Shown here one piece after another: positions 40,961 to 53,099 of a DNA stretch of 64,000 nucleotides (positions are counted from its first letter, which is position 1; the number at the start of each line of letters is the position of its first letter). The DNA comes from Epiperipatus broadwayi (lineage: Eukaryota > Animalia > Onychophora), in contig JAQFVV010000009.1 of the NCBI GenBank assembly GCA_028023455.1, positions 17,980,001 through 18,044,000 on the forward strand, read 5' to 3'. Below the pieces are notes generated by a model. It was not told the DNA's origin. It did no database searches and saw nothing but the letters and a program-made list of their open reading frames with translations. The position numbers were made by a program, and so were the translations under genes.

Positions 40961-43900
40961 CAATAATAATGAATCTTTTTCACAAGTGGGTCAAAATTTA
41001 ATTTAATTTTTTTAAACCAATAGTTATTATATAAATAATTAAATTAGTAAAAGATGCATATAAATCTGATTTTATTTGGATTAAAATTATGGGACATAAT
41101 TTTATAATGAATATAAAAAAAATTGTTAACATGAATGAAAAAAATAACATTTTTAATGTGAAATTTGTTTATTTTCAGAAATATTTAGTTCTTATTTAGA
41201 GTTCATTAATTTTATGTACATAACAGCTGTTTTTTCCAACAATTTTTATAAAATTTATTGTTGAAAATAATTGCTCACAATTATATATTGAACTAAACTT
41301 CATTAAAAGGGCATTAGCCAGTTTTCTCATTGTATTATATTTACCTGATAATATAATATTTTCAATTCTTCTATTGTTTTATTTTTGTTGTCAATAATAT
41401 TTTCAGAAATTTGCTTTTCTAACTCTGTAGTTAAATTTTCAAATTTGTTTTCCACATAAAACTGTTTTGGAATTCTACTAATTCCATTTTTAAATTCGAT
41501 TTTATATGGATATAAAATAAAAAGCAGTGTAGTTTCTAAATATTTAATTTAATTAAATCTCTCCAGAAAATTTCATCTATGTTAAGTAATACAATTTCTT
41601 GAGTATTATTATTTTCAAAAATTTCCAAATCTTGAAAATGTTTTTATAAATATGGGAAATATTTTGTTATTTTCATTTGCAAATCATTCATATATATTGT
41701 ACAATCTTTGGTTAGGTTAGAAATTGGTATTATTGTATTTCTAAAAAAAAAGTTATTTTTTTCATTGTTTTATCTGCTGTCAATTGTTTTGAAACGATCA
41801 AATGATGTATATTATTGATATGGGATTATTGAGAGTACAGCAAGGTATAAAATAATATTGTGTGTGTTTTTTTTAATTATTTTTTTTTTAATAAGTAATA
41901 TAATAGATTGTTTGAGTCAATTAAATTAAGATTTGGTTATAAAAAGATTATATAAATTACAATTCGTACCAATACGTTCATTTTATTCATATTTTATTTA
42001 TTCATATCTTATTTTACTGCATGCATTCAGCAATCAACACATAAACATAGAGAAACAAATAGTAAATTATTGTATTGGGTGTGTGTGTGTAGTTGTACAT
42101 GCATTTTTGTTAGGCCAGATAAAATAATTTCAGATCATACATATTTAAAGGTAATATTATTTTATATAATTATTGTAATTATTAATTAAAATGTATAATA
42201 TTTTGTGTTAAATAAATAAGTACACAAAAGTATTTATTTAAGCTATGATTTAAAAAAATTAAATTAATTGATGTTAGTATTTTATTTTAAAATATTTATT
42301 TTAAAAGTTTAAAACATTTTGTTCAGGGACGCTGATGAATTCAAAGAACTTTTTATTAAGTGAAATGATGACTTTTTATAGTAAAAAGTTGTAAAATGAA
42401 GTGGATAGATAGTTACAATATCCAGATTGGTGACATCAATATTTCATTATTGGAAAAATCATATAAAATACCTGTGTTTTGAAATTGAGCTACCTCTCAT
42501 TTTGCATCTTTAGTAAGCAAATTTTTAAGTATTATATATAAAATTTAATAGTGAATTTGAAGTCTAGCAATGAAGAACTAGGTAAAAATAAACATTGGTT
42601 TTGAAAGATATGGTCTTTCAAGAGATCTGTTACAACTTGAAATAAAATTGTCTTCAAGTATTATATAATAAAATTGGAAGAAAGTATGCAATGCTCTACG
42701 TGATAGAATTTTAAATATATAATATGTGTAATAAATAACTAAGTGAATATTAAACAAAATGGATAATAATTAGAATTATTAAAAAGATTTAATTTTATTT
42801 AAAAGAATAAGTAATGCTTATTTTATACAATGATGAAAATATTAATATTGCCAGGATTTATTATGGATATATTATTAAAAAATGCTTACTTCAATAATTT
42901 TATGAAATTATAATTATGAAATACACCTTCAGAACATATGTAAACTTTAAATATATTTTACATTATGGATTTTCTTTGTATCAAGCTGGATAAGAAGCAC
43001 TGGGATTTTTTAACCATAAACATTGCATAATATTTTTATTATTATTGTGTATATTATAAAATGTGTTTATATAAATAATTCATTTAAGAAATATGCAATG
43101 ATCTTTGGAAATATCCAGGTCAAATATATTTTTTTTATTTTATCTAGTTATTTGTTTTTATACTTGTTTAGTTTAGATTATGTTTGCATATATGTAATAT
43201 ATAAATAAAATTAACCAAGGAGGAAATTAGATCAATTTAAAATAAAATCTTAAATATTTTTAACAAAATTTAACCTTAATTTTTATTTCAGTCTGAAAGT
43301 ATGTTTTGTTTGTTTCATTATTTAATCTAGATTGGAAGAATAATGTAATTAAAGTATAAATAAACCATTCATATTTAATATAGCTAATTATGTATACTGT
43401 ATTTGTAAAATATTGGTTGTATTTAAATTGATTACTTTTCATTTATGTTGGTAAAAACATTAGGGAATAAACTGAAACAGATTTGATTATTTAATTATTA
43501 TTATTTTTAATTTGTTTATTAGTAATGATATAGATAAATATTTTCTTTTTGGTTAGTAGTGGAATATCCTTTGCATCATTTACAGTTATACAAGTTAGGA
43601 ATTTTAACAATACAGTTAATATTAAATTAGTTTATATATTCATTGATTTATATATATTTTTTGTAAATAAATTATTATTTTATTGATTAAAATTTGAATC
43701 TTGTAATTATTTTAATTCATTGAGTGTATTATTCTGTAGTATTAATTTAAAGAGTCTTTACATAATTACATTTTATGATAGATATATTAATATTCAATTA
43801 GCTAAAGCCTATATATAACTACTTTCTTATTCACATTTTATTAGTTATACAAGTTAAGCTAATGTCTCAATAAATAATAATTGGTTACTTGAAGTTAAAT

Positions 43901-44189
43901 AAACTGGCACTCAACTTCTTTTGTGTTTTATAATTTATACTCTTTGACTATTATTTTTATATGTGTCATGTTGTTATATTTTGAAAATAAATTATATTTA
44001 ACATTTAAACAGAATAAGTTTTTTTTTTAGTTTATGGTAATTAAGTTGATTTATAACAATATAGATTTTGATGCTTAACATAAACTATTTACTAAATTAA
44101 TCATATTTATACCATTACAGGTTTTGGTTCCAAATGTGATTGGCCATTAAATGAATAAGTATGAGTTTGTATTGGTATAGATTTTTGTT

Positions 44190-44900
44190 TGCCCAAACTG
44201 TCTTGATAAATAAAACTATATTCATTTTATCCTAACAATATATAAGTTTTGCCATAAACATTTTAACATTTTCAAACACAATTAATACAATTTGACCACA
44301 TCCTTGAAGTTTTTTATTCATTTCATTGAAATGCTGAGGGATATCACATAAAAACATTAAATCATTTAACCATTCTTTATTTGATAATTTATCATAAGCA
44401 TTATCTCTTTTGTGCAAAAAGAGTTTTATTTTTTCTCATAAATTTACAAAGCAATTTAAAACTTGACCAAAACTCAGCCATTGAACATTGTTGTACATTA
44501 AAATTTCAGAGTGTTGAAATTCTATTTCCTGTAATAATTGGACAAATTCTCACTTATGGTGAGTTTTGCATTTATAAAATTAACAATTTTTGTTACAACT
44601 GGCAATGTATTTGAAAATGTTATCAATCCTTGTTTTGCATATTGTCCCTCTTGATGAATGAAACAATGATATTCAATTAAAGAATGTCAAATATTTTGTA
44701 TAAGTTGTTGAATAAATACAATATTTTTTCAATTATGCTCAACAATAATTGTTGCAGATACATTTTTTTTTTCAAATCCATGTTCATTTTTGTAAATGTA
44801 TAACTGAATTCCTTAAAAATATCCAGACTGGTAGTTTTTCCTAGTACAACTATTAATTTTACCATATTTCCATATTTTTATCTGAAAAAACTGCAAGCTG
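44190..44900 (-). pseudogene. hAT (Charlie/SPIN, GTF2IRD2-like) transposase fragment
   Basis: EWLNDLMFLCDIPQHFNEMNKKLQG (44232-44417) and VLGKTTSLDIF (44677-44865) match hAT-Charlie motifs. Confidence 0.75.
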
Positions 44901-45716
44901 TCCTTGACCACTTATATCTATATTCTCATCTAAAGTGATTGAATATATTTTGCACCTCTTAAATCATAATTAATTTGAAAAGTTTTTTTTTAATGCTAAT
45001 ATTCTATCTTTTACTATATTATGAGTTATTGGTAATTCATTTATGCATTTTATTATCAAGTTGTTTTTTTTTAAATCAGGAATAACAATTTTTTAAAAAC
45101 TCTCCTTCTGGAGATTTTCTATGTTGAGCAATTCAGTGTGTTATATGACAACTAGGGGCTGCAATGTTATTTTTAGGAACAGAAAATGATTGAAATACAC
45201 TGTCTTGAGATTTATATTGTTTTAGTTTTTGAGAAAAATATTTTTTTCTCTCTTCTTCTGTTAAAGAAACAAGATTTTTATGTATTTTTTCAGAATGACA
45301 CGTAACATTATAACTACAAGATGTGACATTTTTATAAAAAAATTATGCAAAGAATATTCTACATTACTAACTCCAAATTTATCAAACTATTCTCAATAAT
45401 AAGATCTTGAACTTGTTTCATTCACCTTATGTTTCTTGGCTAATGACATAATTAGTATCTGAAAAAAATAATATTTATAATTATAATTTTTTTAATTTGA
45501 AATAGAAATAATTATTTATTTGCCAATAGTATTTTAAAGTCACTTGATATTTTGATCAACTGACCATTTAATTATTTACTTACCATGGGATTGCTTAAGG
45601 TTTAAGTGCCAGTATTTTTATAAATGATAATTTTGTATTGCAAATTGCTGTATTTATAAAGCACATTGTAATATAATGGATAACTTTGTAAGATACTTAA
45701 TAATGCACAGTGGTTT

Positions 45717-45977
45717 ATGTCCTTTTTTTTTTTCGCAAATAAATCAAAATATTTCCACATTCTTGATCAATGTGGAGTGTTGACAGACCTACGTAACATT
45801 GCCTTAAAGAGAATTAACAGGTCAGACCCTGCCAATATCTTGTTAAAATATGCTTTCAAAAAAAGAAACTTAGGACAGATCAGGCTCACCACAATGATAA
45901 ACTTTTCAATCTGGTCCATCAGATATAAAATTGTATTTGACAAGGGATCAGATTGTCCAATTGACGAGCTTTCTTAA
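45717..45977 (+). pseudogene. Possible L1/Tx1-type LINE ORF2 3' end
   Basis: NFSIWSIRYKIVFD resembles the IWxxRNxxVF motif; followed by a GC-richer 3'UTR-like stretch. Confidence 0.4.
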
Positions 45978-46211
45978 GTATCCTTCGCAAATTAAAGGAG
46001 AAAGATAAACGCACGTGTCAGCCAGAGTTAGTGGATCAGACCTGGGACCAGATAACTCTTTAATGACACATTTGTGGTGGTCCCAGCTGCTCCAGCCCTA
46101 GAGACTGCCTCAGAATTCAAATTCTCAATTGCTGCATTTCTGGATTGGAATTGTTGGAATACTATGCAACTCAATCAACCTTGTGGACTCAGTATTTATG
46201 AAACAATTCTT

Positions 46212-46530
46212 CGATGTAGTGTATCTTTCATCAAGTTTTATATCTAACACTCATGTTTTGCAATTCATGTTGATTGTAATTGATTGATTTACTTGGATTA
46301 GACCTAAATGTAAATGTGAATAAATTGAATTTTGAAAATAATTCAAAATATTTAAAGATATTATTTGGATACGATGTAGTGTATCTTTCATCAAGTTTAT
46401 ATATAACACTCATGTTTTGCAATTCATGTTGATTGTAATTGATTGATTTACTTGGATTAGACCTAAATGTAAATGTGAATAAATTGAATTTTGAAAATAA
46501 TTCAAAATATTTAAAGATATTATTTGGATA
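46212..46530. repeat. Tandem duplication, 2 x ~160 bp
   Basis: Copies start at 46212 and 46372; one substitution and one indel seen. Confidence 0.95.
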
Positions 46531-48068
46531 TATGTAGTTGATACATAATTTTCTGATTAATGATTCATCTTTAAATTTTTACATTAGTATAAATAACTAT
46601 GTTTTTATACCTATTAAACATTCTCATGTGATAGAGCTAATAAAAACTGTTTGAAGTTTAACTATTCCTTCACCACTCTTTTCACACTGTTTCAAGCCCA
46701 ATTAATTATAATATCTGAAAATGACATCAATACAATGCCATGATTTTTAGGTCAGACATTTTCTAGTTAACTTTGTAAAAAAGTTTAGCGAGAAATTGTA
46801 GAACTTTAATCTGTTTAATTAAATTATACTGTGTATTTTATTGCTACAAATATTTGAATTGTATATGTTTATGCAGTTGGTAAATATATTGACAGAGAAA
46901 TATTTTTAAAAAGTTTTTATTTGAACGTATATATATATATGAGAGAGACTTCATAATTTTGTTGCTCTATTAAATAATAATCATTTTTACATGTGTTGCT
47001 CCAAATCTCCCTTCCTGTTTATCTCTCCTAAATATTAATGATACAAAGTCTACAAAGATCCAACTTTTTTATTTTATTTCTGAAAACTACTATCCACATC
47101 TTGTCTGTTTCATCGTGGGGGCCCCAGCTCCTTTTGTTTTGTTCTTAGTTTATCTCTTTATGGAATCTATATTATTTTGTTCAATATATCTAAATATTTA
47201 ATCTTGCTTTTGCATTTAGCATATCCACCTATTGATTCTATTCCATCTTTTTTTTCTCTCAAATTGGCTAGTAGGTTTTTTTTCATTCAATATCTAGCTC
47301 ATTCAGAGAAACATTCTCATGTCAGCCTTTTCTGATAGTTATATGTTTATTCTTTTTTAATCATAACTTAATAATCAAACTGAACAAAATTGTAAAATAA
47401 TAAACATTTTTATGTCATCAAAAATGAAATTAATGAAGTCCATTATGCTTTTTTTTTTTCATATAAATTATATTAAATAACAAAAATATTATATGTAAAA
47501 GCTATATAAAAAAATATATATTAATAATTATACATAAAAAAACCTCTTTGGGGACAAGGTTTTGTGCCTTCTCAATTTGTAAGCATCTATTTTAACATTA
47601 ACCAATTATTGCAGATAGAAAGCTAATGGAAGTAAAATAAAACAGAATAAAATTATGATACAGAGATTTAATAAAAATTGAAAGTATTAACTACATAAAA
47701 CAAGATATAGAATAAATAAAAACATATTGTATATAACTATATATAATATATTTTTAATTGATAACTAAATTTATTAAAGTTTTATAAATATTCATGTAAT
47801 TTAAAAATTTGATATTTTTATAGCATCTATTTTATGTTCGTATGTTAAGTGATAAATAAATAAAACAGATTTATCATCAAGCCTATTAATTGCATTATAT
47901 TCTTTGGCTCTTACATCTGTTTCCCTATATGATTGTAGTAAATCATATTAAAACAAAGGCAAAACTCTCCTCTCCATACAGTAGTGCCACCCTGTGCTAA
48001 CCAGAGTAATCAATAGATGCCAGAAGGCTTGTGCATAAAATCCCTATCTAGTGCCTACTCATCCAATA

Positions 48069-48110
48069 TCCCCAGTCTAGTTTCTGGCTTGTGGCCATCA
48101 TCAGTGAGGA
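48069..48110 (-). ncRNA. Family-1 hammerhead with U16.1->A substitution (probably inactive)
   Basis: Reads tcctca-CTGATGA-tggc(cacaa)gcca-GAAA-ctag-AC-tgggga. Confidence 0.75.
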
Positions 48111-48839
48111 GCCTTGGATCTGAGAGCACTGCACCTAGATCTTAGGATCTAATGCAACCCTCCAGCAGCCACCTTTTAACTCTACTTTACTACAAAACTG
48201 AGAATGAAATTGAAACACAAAAAATATTTTCAATCTAAGCTCAATAGCTTATATAGTCATATAGGTCTCAACTCAATTCAGCACCCATACATTTTGGTGT
48301 CTTTGGCTCTTAAACAACCATAGCCACCACTTTCCTATTAGGCAGGATTGGTGTTAAACCACTAAACATCACATGATCACCATCTCATACTAGCACATAA
48401 TTGTTGTAAACAAAGGCAAAACTCCTCTCCATGCAGTAGTGCCACCCTGTGCTAACCAGAGTAATCAATAGATGCCAGAAGGCTTGTGCATAAAATCCCT
48501 ATCTATTACTGTATGGAGAGGAGAATTTTGCCTTTGTTTACAACAATTATGTGCTAGTATGAGATGGTGATCATGTGATGTTTAGTGGTTTAACACCAAT
48601 CCTGCCTAATAGGATAGTGGTGGCTATGGTTGCTTAAGAGCCAAAGACACCAAAATGTATGGGTGCTGAATTGAGTTCAGACCTATATGACTATATAAGC
48701 TATTGAGCTTAGATTGAAAATATTTTTTGTGTTTTCAATTTCATTCTCATAGTTTTGTAGTAAAGTAGAGTTAAAAGGTGGCTACTGGAGGATTGCATTA
48801 GATCATAAGATCTAGGTGCAGTGCTCTCAGATCCAAGGC

Positions 48840-48881
48840 TCCTCACTGATGATGGCCACAAGCCAGAAACTAGTCTGGGGA
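48840..48881 (+). ncRNA. Intact minimal type I hammerhead ribozyme (family 1)
   Basis: tcctca-CTGATGA-tggc(cacaa)gcca-GAAA-ctag-TC-tgggga. All core residues are present, helix III is the palindrome ACTAGT, and GUC cleavage is predicted after 48875. Confidence 0.9.
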
Positions 48882-50860
48882 TATTGGATGAGTAGGCACT
48901 AGATAGGGATTTTATGCACAAGCCTTCTGGCATCTATTGATTACTCTGGTTAGCACAGGGTGGCACTACTGTATGGAGAGGAGAGTTTTGCCTTTGTTTA
49001 CAACAATTAGGTGCTAGTATGAGATGGTGATCATGTGATGTTTAGTAAATCATATTGTGATGGACACAATTAATTTTATATACGATTCCTTTTTTGTATT
49101 TTATATCGTCTTTTATTTTATAATTATCTATTAATTTTTCTAGACTTTTACTATTTGTCCATTCAATATTTATATGTTTATTAATATAATTGTTGTTTTT
49201 TTTATAATGTATTATAAATTTTGGGATAATAAAATTTGATTCACAACAAGCATAGGTATAAAAAATGTCAGTCATTACAAATTTTAAATATAGAAATGAT
49301 AAGTGTAATTCAAATAAAAATGTAGATGATTTACAAAAGAAACAATTTCTTAAATTATATAAAGATTATAAATATTTATAATATTAAAAATATATTTTTT
49401 AATTGTAAAAAAAAAATCTATTAAATAATAACATTTCTATTCAAAATAGAAAAAAAAAAAAAGGATGAAATTTTCATATTATCACAAAATTTATAAAACA
49501 TTAATAAAAAATTAAAATTATATAAACATATAAAGATTGGATGGTCAAATAATAAAAATCTAGATATTAAGTGTAATTAAAAAATAAATGATATAAAATA
49601 CAGAAAATGAATCATATATAAAATTACTTGTGACCATTACAATATGATTTACTACAATCATACAGGAAACAGATGTAAGAACCAAAGAACATAATGTAAT
49701 TAATAGGCAAGATATGGACATAAAATAGATGCTACAAGAAATATCAAACCTTTAAATTACATTAAAGATCCAAAAAAGAAGACAAATATATGAAACATTA
49801 TATATTTATAAACCCAATAAATTTAGTTAATAATTGGTCAATTAAAAATAAGTGGGAAATTATATGAGGTAGTATATATATAAAGATATATGGAGTATGT
49901 TTTTAATTCTGCATATTGTTATATTATGTAGTCAATTCTTTCAATTTTTATCGAATCTCTATCATAATTTTATTCTGTTTTATGTTTGTTATTGTTGTTA
50001 TTTTACTTTCATTATAGAACAGTAGATAGCATTCTTTCTGCAATAATTGGTTAATGTCAAAATAAGTGCTTAACATTTGAGAAAAACGCAAAATCATGTG
50101 CTGAAAAAGGTTTTTTTTATGTACAATTATTAATATATTTATGTTTAAATAGCAGTTATATATAATAATTTTGTTATTTATTATAATTTTTTATGCATAT
50201 TCCCCATTGGTGTTATTATTTTTTTTAGATGAAAAAAACACACAATTGATTGTTTATTTCCATATTATGATATTTATTGATTATAAATTATACAACTTTT
50301 CACTCAGCTATGGTAGATAAAATACTAATAAAGATAAAAATTATTATGATGATTGATAATACAAATAGGGAAAGAAATAAGAAGAATCTTGAATCTTAAA
50401 ATATCTTAACCCTCAATGGCTACATGTGGTATATTATACAGTTATCAATTTTCAAAGACTTTAATTTCATATTTTTTAAATAGAACAAGTATCCCTCTCA
50501 GTACCTTCTTAAGAATGTCTCTATTTACAAAAATCAAATTAGTTTGAATTTAGCACACATAGTTTTAAGTTTTATGCAATTTTTTTTTTTGGAATTTACT
50601 GGATGTCATACCACTTGTAATCTAAACATAAATAATTTTGTTCCTTTGTTTTTTTTTTATCTATTGTTATTACTTTTTCTATTGTTGTATATAGGTATAA
50701 TATTTTTATATAATATTTAAATACAGATATAGTGTATATACTTAAGCTAGATGTAATTAAAGGGGATTTGAACACAAACTTTCATGCTCCCTTCAGTCAT
50801 CAACTATATCTTATATAACCAATACACACAACTACAGACATGTGAAAAAGATAAATGATT

Positions 50861-50904
50861 TCCAATATATGTATTTCATGCTGAACCAGCACTCAACAGT
50901 TCAT
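50861..50904 (-). ncRNA. Decayed family-2 hammerhead
   Basis: CTGTTGA-gtgctg(gtt)cagcat-GAAA-tacata-TA-ttgga; A6 is mutated. Confidence 0.6.
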
Positions 50905-51644
50905 CTAGATCATCATCTTCCAATCAGTGCTTGGTTTATATTAAGATAGCAAATTTACACACTTTAATAGACAGGTTTCAATCCTCTCCACTCTTCAATG
51001 TTTCAGCCTCCATATCATTGAAAATCTGATGATGGAATACTCAAAACCTTTGTTGATGCTATTATTATTGTCATATCCATGTTGATCTTAAATCACTCTG
51101 ATCCCTCATATGTTAGATTTTAATATGCCCATTTAAATATACAGAAAAGGCATGGGCAGAATACAGCCTGAATATGTAATATTTGAATACAAGTGTTAGG
51201 GTATATACTTAAACTAGATGTAATTAAAGGGGATTTGATCACAGACTTTTTCAGTCATCAACTCTATCTTATATAAGTGATACACAAATGATTGAAGGGA
51301 GCTTGAAAATCTGTGTTCAAATCTTTAATTACATCTAGTTTTAAGTATATACACTATTTGTATTCAAACATTACATATTTAGCCTGTATTTGCCCATCCC
51401 TCTTTTGTGTATTTAAATGGACATAGTAAGATCCTACATATGAGAAGTCAGAGTCAACATGGGTATGACATTAATAATGGCATCAACTAGGGCTTTGAGC
51501 ATTCCATCATCAGATTTTCACTGATTTGGATAGCTGAAAAGTTGGAGAGAATTGAAGTCTGTTCATTAAACTTTGTAGATTTGCTTTATTAATATAAACC
51601 AAGCACTGAATATATATATATATCTATGGGAGATGATGATCTGA

Positions 51645-51688
51645 ACCTACTGATGAGTGTTGGTTCAGCATGAAATACATATATTAAA
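51645..51688 (+). ncRNA. Family-2 hammerhead, core intact, helix I decayed
   Basis: CTGATGA(51650-51656)-gtgttg(gtt)cagcat-GAAA-tacata-TA. Confidence 0.65.
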
Positions 51689-52299
51689 GATCATTTATCT
51701 TTTTCACTTGTATGTGGTTGGGTGTATCAATTATATAAGATAAAGTTGATGACTGAAGAGAGCTTGAAAGTCTGTGTTCAAATCCATTTTAATTCTTGGA
51801 ATAATAAAAATCATTTTTTTCTAAAAGAGTGTATGCTAGGCTTATGAATATTTTATGTAATATTGCTGCATAAAGTTTTTATATATGTATTCTAATAAAA
51901 CTTCAACATATTTAATAAGTCAGCATAGTACAAAGCTTTACTTGGGTTGATAAATAAATAATGTCAAAGCTTTATGAGACAGCCCTAATCCTGGAAACGA
52001 ATGGAATTTATTATTTACCAATAACATTCTGAATGAAATTTAATGTGGACAATAAAAAAAATAGAACAAGCAGAAAATGTAGCAGGTCCATATGAATAGA
52101 GCATATCAAAAAAAAAAAACTTAAGTAAATGTTTTAATATAGAATAAAAGTATTTTTGTTTTATTTGTTTTAAATGCCACTTACCATAAAATAATTTTTT
52201 AATGAAGGGTACCATTACATGGCATGTAGCATTTATGTTACAAAATTGCATTGTAGCTACTGTGAGTTATCACATTTAATAAACTTTACCCTATAAGAT

Positions 52300-52460
52300 T
52301 TAAAGAAAGTATGCCTTTGCATATGGGCAGTTTCAACTGGATCATAAGAGAAGACCTAGAAAAAGACTATATGAGATGGATGGATGAAATAATGAAGTTG
52401 TGGAGAAGTTGGAGATTGAACAAACTGGATTAAAGATGAATAGATCTTCATTCTAAAATG
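52300..52460 (+). mobile_element. Short RTE LINE 3' fragment
   Basis: gaagacctagaaaaagacta...atggatgaaata parallels the RTE 3' end at 55290-55340. Confidence 0.45.
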
Positions 52461-53099
52461 AATTGATGGATTAATAATGGTTGAAAATGATGATGCCTTT
52501 GCATTAAAAAAAGGTTTTAGATTATATTGCAATAATACTACAATTCATAAAACATACTTACATTTTGATATTTATTTGATCTTAGGTCAGATAAATATCT
52601 ACTTTAATCTTAAATTAATAACTGCAAATTGGATATCAATAGTGAAAGATAAAGCCATTTTTAAAAAAAGTAGAGTGCAATCTCTCATGTTATTTTGTCT
52701 TTAATTATTACCTATGTAAACTGTAGAAAGAAATTTGTTATTACTTGAGAGGAGAGAGACCGTTTGATTTTTTTTTTTTTTTTTGTATATCTAAAAAAAA
52801 TAAAACAGAGCAATTCCTAATGTTTGCCCTATAAATTCTTGCCATTACAGTTGTTATTACTATGTGATTGATTATTCATATTGCAAACAACCATAGATAG
52901 TTTACTCACAAACATGGATCATCCAGCATGATAATAAACTTGTTGGCTTTTATCTCTGAGCTTAAGACCTATTAGGACATATGCTCTTTCTTCTCAGATA
53001 CATAATAGTTTTTAACTGAAACATCAGTTGTATTGTTTGTTCAGCAAGATGAATATGTTGAATAATCTTTTATATATGTATATACAATCATGAGAGATG

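Larger units (their letters stand above)
47950..49042. mobile_element. Family-1 hammerhead retroelement, copy C (1.1-kb palindrome of ~1.2 + ~1.2 monomers)
   Basis: - strand arm 47950-48505 (period 457), + strand arm 48506-49042 (period 460: tactgtatggagagg at 48507 and 48967); TAGTAAATCATATT at 47936-47949 and 49043-49056. Confidence 0.9.
47512..50140. mobile_element. Old AT-rich Penelope-like element with inverted arms, interrupted by family-1 copy C
   Basis: ~47512-47949 is inverted to ~49641-50140. The - strand encodes KGIVYKINC (ORF 49042-49275) and both arms give ETDVR(A/T)KE(Y/H), i.e. GIY-YIG motifs. Confidence 0.7.
50707..51794. mobile_element. Family-2 hammerhead retroelement, inverted tandem
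   Basis: 50707-51288 has a 467-nt period (tatatactta at 50735 and 51202). 51289-51794 is the inverted copy (period ~461). Older than family 1; no TSD found. Confidence 0.75.

Noticed and set aside
51021-51060. CTGATGA-tggaatactc-AAAA (mirrored at ~51481-51520) as a second HHR in the family-2 monomer
   Set aside because: Both copies lack G12 and no convincing helix I or II can be drawn.
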